Below are positions 10,984 to 19,637 of a DNA stretch of 64,000 bases, piece after piece (position 1 is the stretch's first letter; every line of letters starts with the position of its first letter). A program made the position numbers and the translations under genes. The notes under the pieces were generated by a model. It saw only the letters and a program-made list of their open reading frames with translations, did no database searches and had not been told where the DNA came from. The stretch spans positions 372,001 through 436,000 of the forward strand of contig CP128818.1 of NCBI GenBank assembly GCA_051546255.1. The letters run 5' to 3'. Source of the stretch: Meyerozyma guilliermondii. Lineage: Eukaryota.

Positions 10984-11095
10984 GGTGATTGGGTTCAACC
11001 TGATACAGAAGTTGAATTTTTATTTAAAATCGGTGCGCGCGAACTTTAAGACGCTATCTTGATACCCACATTATTATATTTTGCACAGATATTGT

Positions 11096-13345
11096 ATGGC
11101 AATGACGGATAGTATACTAAGTTTCGGTGACGACTCGACGTCTGGAGTGCCATCCCATCTTTCTCAACGTTCCGAAACTAGAAAAAGACCAAGAAATTCG
11201 TCTGATTTACCGAATGACGATGCGTTACAGGTGGTACGAACCCGTTGCAAACGAGCCATAAAGCACATTCTTGCTAACCAGAAGCTTCCAGAGTGCTACG
11301 AGACCTACTACAGAAGCGTGGAAGTGGTTTGCCGTGCTAGACATGCCGAACAGTCTCAGCTTGCTGACCATATTTCCAAGGAATTAACCGACCATTTTCA
11401 TACAAACGTCAAGAAAAGAGTTGAGCTTTTGGTTAATGAAAATGGGACACCAGAAGACACCGCCACAGGTTTTCTAGAGATTTTCAACGAGTGGAAGCGA
11501 CAACTTCGAATTCTCAGTACTCTCTTTCTTTACTTGGACAGAGCGTACCTCATGAACCACCCCACAAAATTCACAATTATAGAGCTAGGATCGGGTCTAT
11601 TCGTTGACCATTTGTTGGTTGAGTCTGCACCTACGCTGGGCTTCATAATTGACAAGTATATTGTGCTTCTTGAGAAAAATAGAGAAGATAAGCACCTCAA
11701 TGAGATCACATCTGCATTCACCACCACACTTTTTTGGCTAAATTCCAACAACAGGTTAGCGCTTCACAGTAAACTCATTACGCTGATAGTGTCTCAGTTT
11801 ACTAGATTGAAAGCGAAATGGTTGACCAAGCCTGAAACTTACTTCCAAAATGCTCTCTCTTGTCTTACAGAAGAAATGGCACACTTTAAAGCGGCTCGTG
11901 CACCCAAGTCTTTTTTGCGGGAATTGCTACTTCGTGTCAAATGGATACTTTTCTTCCAAGATTTCAGGTTAATTCTCTCCAAAACCATTTTGTATTTGTT
12001 ACAGCCAGAAAGCAAAAACCAGCTCCAAGTCCTATACGATTTTTGTCGCACCACCAAAAGTGACTATGCATTCGATTCTATCACTATGTTTGTCTTCTGT
12101 TGGGGAGAATACATCCACAAGCTTGTCGTGAGTCTGATCCATGAAATTCCAAAAGGTGAAAACTGGATACAACCGTTGGTTGATTTGTACAATCGTCTCG
12201 AGGGCATCTGCCAACACCTGTTTCTGGGAGACGACGACTTTGACTTTGAGTTGAGAAATTCCTTTTCTAAAGCTTTCAATGAACGTAAAACAAATATGCA
12301 AATTCTCACCCACTTGAACAAATTCTGTGATTCTTACCTTCGTGATTCATCCAAGAAAGCAAAAAAATCCGCTGCTCCGCTCACGTTCGACGAGTTTTTG
12401 AACTGTGTGCTTCTCATCTTCAAACTTATCAACAATAAGGACTCATTCATGGTGTTGTACAAACGAGAATTGTCCAAGCGACTCCTTTTGAGCCGTTCTC
12501 CTAACCTCGAATCAGAGCGTAGTGTGGTTTCTTCTTTTCTCAAATTGATTGGAGATAGCGATATGGGCAGGGAAATCGATACTATGTTCAGTGATATTTC
12601 GCTGTCGAAACTGGACCATAATTTGACAATTGAAGGTGTTGAATTCTCAGCATTGATTCTCACAAAACTGTGCTGGCCAGAGATCCCGGGAAGTGTTTCA
12701 GATGTGCAACTTCTGCCCCAGTTTCGCACCATCTTGGATGAGTTTGCTGCGAAGTATTATCTGTCCAATGACAAGTTCAAGGACCGGGTTCTTGATTGGA
12801 GTCTCTACACTCTTCACCAGATGGAAATCGTAGCTCAATTTGAAAGTGGTCCCAAGGAATTGAATTTGAATTTGTTGCAAGCGATGATAGTTATGCTCTT
12901 TAATGAAAGAGACAGTTATACCATCGAGGAACTAATGAAAGAGACCAATATTGAAGAAAAACTTATACGAAGGGTATTGGTTTCTTTGTCTGAAAAATAC
13001 CCTATTCTTGTGGCATCGGGTCCAACATATCGCTACAACTCTAGCTTCAAAGATAAGAATACCAAACTCAAGATTCCATTCATCAGAGAAAAGGAAATAG
13101 CCACTATGGATCAGAACTCGCTCAGAGCAATTGAGCGCAACCGCAATCAAGAAATCAGAGCCGCAATTGTGAAGACGATGAAACAATGTAAAAATGCCAC
13201 TGTGCCTCAACTATTTGATGCTGTTTTCAAGCTAGTTGCACCAAAAGGGCCCATTTCACTCGACGATTTCAACACCAATCTTGATTTCTTAGTCCAAAGC
13301 CAGTACGTTCTGCGCGAAGCTACACAAATCGTCTACGTTCCCTAG
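11096..13345 (+). CDS. Divergent cullin (CUL4-like features)
   Basis: FLYLDRAY, NKDSFMVLYKRELSKRLLLSRS and the neddylation motif AAIVKTMK. First ATG at 11096 (11102 also possible). Confidence 0.88.
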   Translation: MAMTDSILSFGDDSTSGVPSHLSQRSETRKRPRNSSDLPNDDALQVVRTRCKRAIKHILANQKLPECYETYYRSVEVVCRARHAEQSQLADHISKELTDHFHTNVKKRVELLVNENGTPEDTATGFLEIFNEWKRQLRILSTLFLYLDRAYLMNHPTKFTIIELGSGLFVDHLLVESAPTLGFIIDKYIVLLEKNREDKHLNEITSAFTTTLFWLNSNNRLALHSKLITLIVSQFTRLKAKWLTKPETYFQNALSCLTEEMAHFKAARAPKSFLRELLLRVKWILFFQDFRLILSKTILYLLQPESKNQLQVLYDFCRTTKSDYAFDSITMFVFCWGEYIHKLVVSLIHEIPKGENWIQPLVDLYNRLEGICQHLFLGDDDFDFELRNSFSKAFNERKTNMQILTHLNKFCDSYLRDSSKKAKKSAAPLTFDEFLNCVLLIFKLINNKDSFMVLYKRELSKRLLLSRSPNLESERSVVSSFLKLIGDSDMGREIDTMFSDISLSKLDHNLTIEGVEFSALILTKLCWPEIPGSVSDVQLLPQFRTILDEFAAKYYLSNDKFKDRVLDWSLYTLHQMEIVAQFESGPKELNLNLLQAMIVMLFNERDSYTIEELMKETNIEEKLIRRVLVSLSEKYPILVASGPTYRYNSSFKDKNTKLKIPFIREKEIATMDQNSLRAIERNRNQEIRAAIVKTMKQCKNATVPQLFDAVFKLVAPKGPISLDDFNTNLDFLVQSQYVLREATQIVYVP

Positions 13346-13400
13346 CTCAATTGAATGTCATGATGTATGAATTACATGTTGTATTTAATGTTGTTGTTGT

Positions 13401-13678
13401 CTAAATAGGAACATCTTCAGGGTCAGGGTTGTACACCCAGTTGTTTCCAACCACAGGAATCTTTTGGTAGAAAACCTTTTGGAATAATGGCCAACCTTCG
13501 GTGAAGGTAGCAACACCGGCGCCGGCAGCACCACCCCAAAGGATCAAATCAGGCACGTAAGCACGAACCAGTTGGAAGTTGAAACCAGCAATACTCTTCA
13601 AGGACTTGTAGGCAGGGCCTCTTACGTACTGGGTTAGTAGGAACTACGAGTAAGTGGCAGTGTACATACGTTAACCAT
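13401..13678 (-). CDS. QCR10: Cytochrome bc1 complex subunit Qcr10; exons 13678-13670 and 13628-13401 (78 aa)
   Basis: Spliced product MVNYVRGPAYKSLK...LILWGGAAGAGVATFTEGWPLFQKVFYQKIP...PDPEDVPI. Confidence 0.92.
13629..13669 (-). other. Spliceosomal intron, 41 nt (QCR10)
   Basis: GTATGT...TACTAACCCAG on the minus strand; removing it supplies an ATG start and an intact frame. Confidence 0.92.
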
Positions 13679-13721
13679 GGTGAGGAAGAATGAGAAAATG
13701 GTGAGAATTCTATTGGTCGGT

Positions 13722-13729
13722 GTCACGTG
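13722..13729. promoter_or_regulatory. Cbf1-type E-box GTCACGTG upstream of QCR10
   Basis: Exact RTCACGTG match about 44 bp upstream of the ATG. Confidence 0.55.
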
Positions 13730-13972
13730 CGTAGAATGAGTAGAAGAGATATAATGTCTAGTCATTCTAGGAAGGGATTGTCTGGTATGCTGTCAGTTTT
13801 CATATTACTCTTTTTCAAATCTCTTGCTATTCTTTTAACGTACCCTTCTCTTCTTTTTTCACTACTTCTCTCTTCTCACTCTCTTCTCACTGCTGCTCTC
13901 TTCTCTCTTCTCACTTACTACTGCTCTTTTCTCTCTACATTTCTCTCTACACTCCCGTCTCTCTCTCTTATA

Positions 13973-14356
13973 TTAACAAGCATCGGGCTGCGACAATATG
14001 TAATCGATAGTTTGTCCCACCGTCTTCAATGAGTCTGCCTCGTGATCGGGAATCTGGATGTTGAATTCGTGCTCCACTTCCATGATAACTTCCACCACGT
14101 CCAACGAGTCCAAGCCCAAATCCAGAATGAAAGAGGTGTCCTCGGTCAATTCCTTCGATGTGTTCACCTTGTCGTAACCTTCCAAGAGTTCCAACACTCT
14201 TTCCTTGGCGACATCTCTGGTCAATGCAGGAAAGCCGGCGTAGAAACGAACGAACGAAGGTTTTTGCGATGAAATGGAGGTGATTTTTGGAATGCGCGAC
14301 GCAGTGGCCACCGGAATACGGGCTCTCAAGCTGCCAAGAAGGGCGGTTCTCAACAT
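13973..14356 (-). CDS. ACP1: Mitochondrial acyl carrier protein
   Basis: Arg/Ser-rich presequence; DLGLDSLDVVE phosphopantetheine attachment motif. Confidence 0.96.
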   Translation of the reverse strand: MLRTALLGSLRARIPVATASRIPKITSISSQKPSFVRFYAGFPALTRDVAKERVLELLEGYDKVNTSKELTEDTSFILDLGLDSLDVVEVIMEVEHEFNIQIPDHEADSLKTVGQTIDYILSQPDAC

Positions 14357-14483
14357 TTACGTGGATGTATGAAAAGGATTGGCTCTCATTCAATGCGACG
14401 GTGCCAGAGTGCCGCGACACCGCGACGACATTTTGGTGAGCCTTGGAAATTTTTCAAGGCTCACCCAAAAATCTGAGTGCACC

Positions 14484-15008
14484 ATGATACGGTCGATGAT
14501 GGGCGTGCTGGCACGGATGATGCCCCACGGTTTTCCTAGTATAATACGGGCTCCCATTTCGAATAGTGTACCAATGGCAGCTAAATATAGCTTATTCACC
14601 CCCATTTCAATGATGTCCAGTCGTACCTATGCCACTTTAAATCAGCTTAAAAGTGGAAAACAAGGAAAACCAGTCAAGCCATATGTGTCCAAAGCACCAC
14701 ATCTAGATGCCAATCCGTTCAAAAAAGGGGTGGTGTTACGAGTGATGATTGTTAAACCTAAAAAGCCAAACTCGGCTCAGCGAAAATGCTGTAGAGTTCG
14801 TCTAAGTAACGGAAACGTAGTTTCATGTTTGATTCCTGGTGAGGGTCACAACCTCCAGGAACATCATGTTGTGCTCGTTCGTGGTGGAAGAGTGCAGGAT
14901 CTTCCTGGTGTGAAATATCGGTTGGTTCGAGGTGCTTACGATTTGGCTGGAGTGGCCAACAGAGCCACCAGTCGGTCCAAATACGGAGTGAAGAAGCCCA
15001 AGGCTTAG
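14484..15008 (+). CDS. MRPS12: Mitochondrial ribosomal protein uS12m
   Basis: [35 protein letters not shown] and RSKYGVKKP motifs; presequence from ATG 14484. Confidence 0.95.
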   Translation: MIRSMMGVLARMMPHGFPSIIRAPISNSVPMAAKYSLFTPISMMSSRTYATLNQLKSGKQGKPVKPYVSKAPHLDANPFKKGVVLRVMIVKPKKPNSAQRKCCRVRLSNGNVVSCLIPGEGHNLQEHHVVLVRGGRVQDLPGVKYRLVRGAYDLAGVANRATSRSKYGVKKPKA

Positions 15009-15184
15009 CATGTGTACATAGAGAAGAGAAAAGTAGTTCATAAACATTACCGGCAATTGCGAGCATTGTGAGCACATTGCGAATATTGAACATATTACAT
15101 ATTGAACATGATTCATATTGAACATAATTCAAATTGCATTCCACTTTTTATCTGCTCCATCTATTTGAACTTCCCTGGTTTTTT

Positions 15185-16189
15185 TTATGCCCGAGCATCA
15201 AAACGACGTCCACTAGCAGTCTTACGATTCTCAATTGCGCGGCCGTCGTTATCGACATTCTCCGGCTTGGCTCTGTTCAACACCTTGAGAAACTCCTTCA
15301 CCCGGTGACGCATCCGCGAGTGCATGTAGGCCTTGGAACATTTGATATGGTAGTGGAAGTAGTTGCGGAAATACTGGATGTGAGAAATACAGTTGTCTCT
15401 GCGATCACCTTTGACAAGGTGCCGTGGGAACAAGACAAACGTCACATATCCCTTGTTAGTATCAAACTTGGTGGTTGGTGCTGCCTTCCTTATGTCCAAA
15501 GGAGGTTCGTTATGAGTGAACAACACCTGTGGAGCCGTTTGTACCGACCGTTTCCGGGCATCTACAAATTCTTGAAGAAACACTTTTCCAAAAGTCTTGT
15601 CCATTTCGTCCTTGAAAGTGGTGGAAAAAATGACCGTCACTCTGTCAAACGATGGCTTGATGAAAATGCACTCCTCGGCTCCACGATACTTGATCACAAG
15701 CACTTCTTCAGTCAGCAACTCACCTTGAATTTCTTCAGAGTAAGTGTTGGACGAGGCATACTTTTCAGCCAATTCATCATACCGTGCAAATCCACGCTCG
15801 AACGGAGCAGCAAGACAGTGTCTCTTCAAATACGAAATCTCGTTGATCACACTGGTGGCATCACTTTGTCTGGCCCTCTCCAAGTCCAATACTATTGAGT
15901 AATTGTAGTTCGTTTCGGCATCTTTGGGGTCCAAAATCGTCAACACGTCACTGTAGGGCGAGTACTTGCCCTTTAAGTAGTCTACAACCCCATATTTGAC
16001 CAAATCGTCCCAGCATTTGAGGTAAACAGAAATCAAGATTTGGTTCTTTTGGTCTGGAAATGTCAGAAGATGATATGTGGTGAAATCAAAGTCGGTTACG
16101 ATTCTGTCCAAGCTCTTTTCCTCCACAGCATTGACCCTTTCTGTGAGCGTCTTTGTGATTAGAAGGTTATTTTGGTCTAACTGTAACAT
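15185..16189 (-). CDS. ARC35: Arp2/3 complex subunit ARPC2
   Basis: DRVTVIFST, FGKVFLQEFVDARKR, HYHIKCSKAYMHSRMR, FLKVLNRAKPE. Confidence 0.97.
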   Translation of the reverse strand: MLQLDQNNLLITKTLTERVNAVEEKSLDRIVTDFDFTTYHLLTFPDQKNQILISVYLKCWDDLVKYGVVDYLKGKYSPYSDVLTILDPKDAETNYNYSIVLDLERARQSDATSVINEISYLKRHCLAAPFERGFARYDELAEKYASSNTYSEEIQGELLTEEVLVIKYRGAEECIFIKPSFDRVTVIFSTTFKDEMDKTFGKVFLQEFVDARKRSVQTAPQVLFTHNEPPLDIRKAAPTTKFDTNKGYVTFVLFPRHLVKGDRRDNCISHIQYFRNYFHYHIKCSKAYMHSRMRHRVKEFLKVLNRAKPENVDNDGRAIENRKTASGRRFDARA

Positions 16190-16361
16190 GGGATAAGGAG
16201 GAGTGGTGAGCGCTGAAATTGTGCGCGAAAATCGAAAATAGTTGCGACAACGCTGAATATTGTAGAGTAGGGTTTCAATTGAAGTTGTGTATCTAATAGT
16301 TTATGCTTCTTGCTTCTACATCTTACTTTTTTGTTTTCTTCTGTTTATTACTCTAATTCTA

Positions 16362-18089
16362 TTATCTCCGCGCTGCTGGAAGTCCTCCCCGGTGCAACGC
16401 AGGTGCCCGCACCTTGTTCTTGAGCAATGTCCGCACATCTTCCGCGCCTTTAGGACCCTTGGGTCCAGCTTTTTCGGGTGCTGGAGCATCAGTCTTGCTT
16501 TTGGCATTCTCCGCGAGTCGTTTAGTAACATACTCGGCCATATGGCAGTCCACATTTCGGTACTTTACCAACCATGGATGTTCAAGTAAGTTGTCATACG
16601 ATGGACGAAGATCGGGGTTTTTGTTGAGACATAAACGCACAAACTGTTGTGCTTCAGCGGAGAATATCTTGGGATCGAGTCGTGGCGGTTCTCCTTCCAC
16701 AATGGCACTCAACTGTGAAAAAATGTTGTCGTAGGTCTCTGGAGGATATGGATACATACCACAGGCAATCTCCAAAATCGACAATCCCAACAGCCACACA
16801 TCCAGCTGTACTGAATAGGTTCCATCGTCAGGCTTGAGTGACTTTATACGTTCCGGAGCCATGTATGATTGGCACCCAATGTTCGTTTTCGCCAACGAGG
16901 CCACGAGATTACCCAGCACACCAAAGTCACAGAGCTTGACCTTGCCGTGAGTATTAATGAGAATATTCGTGGGTTTAACGTCACGGTGGATGATATTATG
17001 CTTGTCTTTCAAGTCTTTAAGTCCTCGAATAATGCACTCGGTGATATATGCGAGACATGCTTCGTCGTGGATCCCCTCGTCCTTGCTGTAGACGTTATCC
17101 AACGAGTTACCGTCCATGTACTCGATACACATGTAAACAGCACCCTCGACGAAAAAGGCCCCGTAAAAGTCAACGATATACGGAGAATCGCACTTGTGCA
17201 AAATTTCCAACTCCATCAAAATCTGAGTAAATTTCGATTCGTCTAGCTCTAGTCTCACTTCCTTCATTGCCATGAGCACCCCGGTAGGCTTGTGTAGCAC
17301 TTTACGTACGGTTCCGTAATTTCCATGGCCCAATTCTTCGAGAAACTCGAGCTGGTCCAACGATATGTGGAACGAAGAACCCGACAGAAAGTTTATACCT
17401 TTCGAATGAAGCGACGCCTTTCCAGCGAAATTGAGCGAGCCCAGCTTGATGTCAACGTATTTGGAGTAGTTTGCGAAAAGTCCCTGTAACTGAGGTTTTT
17501 TGTCGGAAACTTCTTCGGCGGCAGCGAGCTTCAGTTCCACACCATTTGCCAAATTCGACGACGGCTGGTCCAAGCGCAATTTGAAATTGGGCTTTTTTCT
17601 TCTTTCCGACAACCGCCGACCGAGCTCACCGGTGGTACTAAGTGGAGGAGCACCCTCGTTCATCTGGATCGGTGGACTAAGACCCGGCGAAGACAGGGTT
17701 TCTGGACTTGTAGTTCCGCTAGCAATGTCACCAATATTTAGCGCCAATCCCCGGCGCTGCGAGAGCGTCTGTTTCTCCGCCGGTTTGCGGTACTGCTCGG
17801 CTGCGGACGGCGATGGAATGGTGGCTTTGTCGCCCACGTCGTTGGCCGATTGCGACCGCTCGGTGGGAATGGGGGGCGCTTTTGTTCGCTTTTGCTGGAA
17901 CGCCAACAAACGGGCCTGGATGTCTTCGTTCATGTGTATATGGCTGGTGGAGAGCGGAGGCAGCTGGGGCACTCGTCCTGGGGTGACCGGGGTGCCGGAG
18001 CCACTGGAGGTGTGTTCGGAAACGGGGGTTTTTCCGGCGGACTGATTGGGTTTGAGTGATAGTCTGTCGATTTCGGGGAGGTCAGTCAT
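16362..18089 (-). CDS. PBS2: MAP kinase kinase of the HOG pathway
   Basis: LGHGNYG, HRDVKPTN, DFGV(S)GNLVASLAKTNIGCQSYMAPERI and the C-terminal PALHRGGL. Confidence 0.96.
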   Translation of the reverse strand: MTDLPEIDRLSLKPNQSAGKTPVSEHTSSGSGTPVTPGRVPQLPPLSTSHIHMNEDIQARLLAFQQKRTKAPPIPTERSQSANDVGDKATIPSPSAAEQYRKPAEKQTLSQRRGLALNIGDIASGTTSPETLSSPGLSPPIQMNEGAPPLSTTGELGRRLSERRKKPNFKLRLDQPSSNLANGVELKLAAAEEVSDKKPQLQGLFANYSKYVDIKLGSLNFAGKASLHSKGINFLSGSSFHISLDQLEFLEELGHGNYGTVRKVLHKPTGVLMAMKEVRLELDESKFTQILMELEILHKCDSPYIVDFYGAFFVEGAVYMCIEYMDGNSLDNVYSKDEGIHDEACLAYITECIIRGLKDLKDKHNIIHRDVKPTNILINTHGKVKLCDFGVLGNLVASLAKTNIGCQSYMAPERIKSLKPDDGTYSVQLDVWLLGLSILEIACGMYPYPPETYDNIFSQLSAIVEGEPPRLDPKIFSAEAQQFVRLCLNKNPDLRPSYDNLLEHPWLVKYRNVDCHMAEYVTKRLAENAKSKTDAPAPEKAGPKGPKGAEDVRTLLKNKVRAPALHRGGLPAARR

Positions 18090-19637
18090 GGAAATGTCAA
18101 TAATGGAATAAATTTCTGGAATAATTGGTGAAATATTTGGTTGTTAATTGGTGGTAATTGGTGGATTAAGGATATGAAAAGACCAATAAAATCAAATTAA
18201 CAGGTAATATGGCCCTATATGGGAACAGGGGTGTACAGGACAATATTCAGTAGAAACAACCAGCAAAAAAGGTAAAAGGAGTGACAAACTGCTGATATGT
18301 TCAATAAGATAAAAATAAGTAAGATCAAATTTGAGGGCAAGCGCCTGGTGCACTGATGGAGGGCGGAACGGCCAAAGCCAAGTCTATGCAGTCTGCGAGA
18401 GTGGGGGCTAAAATCCGCCCAACAAAAAGGTCGTGTTAGTAAAGCTTAACACAAGTTTGACAGAAAATTTGGCCAAATAATGAAATTTAAAGGGTCGGGT
18501 CTCCCCGCTTAAAAATTACATTGAGTGCATCTTGCTTGCATAATTCCGGTTCCCCTGCTCCTAACGGATTGTCTTTACGCAGAGTGCATCACAGGCGCGC
18601 ATCGGTGCAAAGAAAATGCGAAGTTGCGAGAGTAAAAGAGAATGTAGAGTTACTTATGTTTAGTTTTAGTGTTTTTTGTTTGCTTTTACTGTTTTTTTTG
18701 GTTCTTCTTCTTTAGTTCTTCATTCTTTAGTTCTTCTTCCTAGTTCTTCTTCTTCCTTGATTGCTGCACGTTGCCGCATCCATAACGGTAAAAATGCGAT
18801 CCTTTTTGGATTGTCCCCCATTGTTTTTTCCTATTCAAGCGAAAGTTCCCCTGCTTCAATGCGCATTGTTCGCAAGTTGACATAATGAAATGCTTGGCAA
18901 GTTATTTGCAGTATTTCTCACTGGCTGTATTTCTGTCATTCTGCACGACGCATAGATATAATTAGAATGCAACTAAAAACCGTTGCACACCTGCCTTAAA
19001 CGGACGAAGATCTAAACTTAGCGTCATCGAAGTCTAAAAACAGAATTTAAGAAATCGTGCTTCGAATGGAATTCGGATTCGGAATTCGGATTCGGTAATC
19101 GAGATTCGTTCTTCGTAAATTGTGAATTTTTCGCACTGGTAATGATCCAATTGTGAAGCAGAGAAATGACTTGGTGAATACTCCAGCGACTCAATTGATT
19201 TAGGAATGCATTCTGGAATCATGTTACATTTTTAGTGTTCTTTATTGTGGTTCTCCCGCATAATTTAGGCGGCTAAAAAGACGGTTGCATTGACGTCTCA
19301 GCCCACTTTGATGCAGGAGTTCCATGGCATTGTGGCTAAGTGAAACGGCAAGAGTTGGATGCAAAACTGGAGTCGGTCATTGCTGAATGATGCTAAAATT
19401 GTGAATTGATGAAAAGTTAATGAGAAAACTATGAGAATTCTTGGAAAGTTAGTGAAAATTATTGAGAGAGTACTGAAAAATACTTAAAGATGAGTGAAAA
19501 TTATTGAAAAATTAGTGAAAAAGCATCGAAAAAGCATTGAAAGAGTCTTAAGAGTCTTGAAATTATGGAAAGAATGCGGAAAGAATTGAACTCCCTCTTC
19601 TGATGGTCGCTCCTTAAATCATGATTCATATACTCAT

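Noticed and set aside
13845..13970. Long CT-rich tract and the overlapping 101-aa Leu/Ser-rich ORF
   Set aside because: Low-complexity 3' flank of ACP1; the ORF is a compositional artefact.
15134..15898. 254-aa ORF antisense to ARC35
   Set aside because: TTG start, no motif, almost entirely overlapping a conserved gene; a typical shadow ORF.
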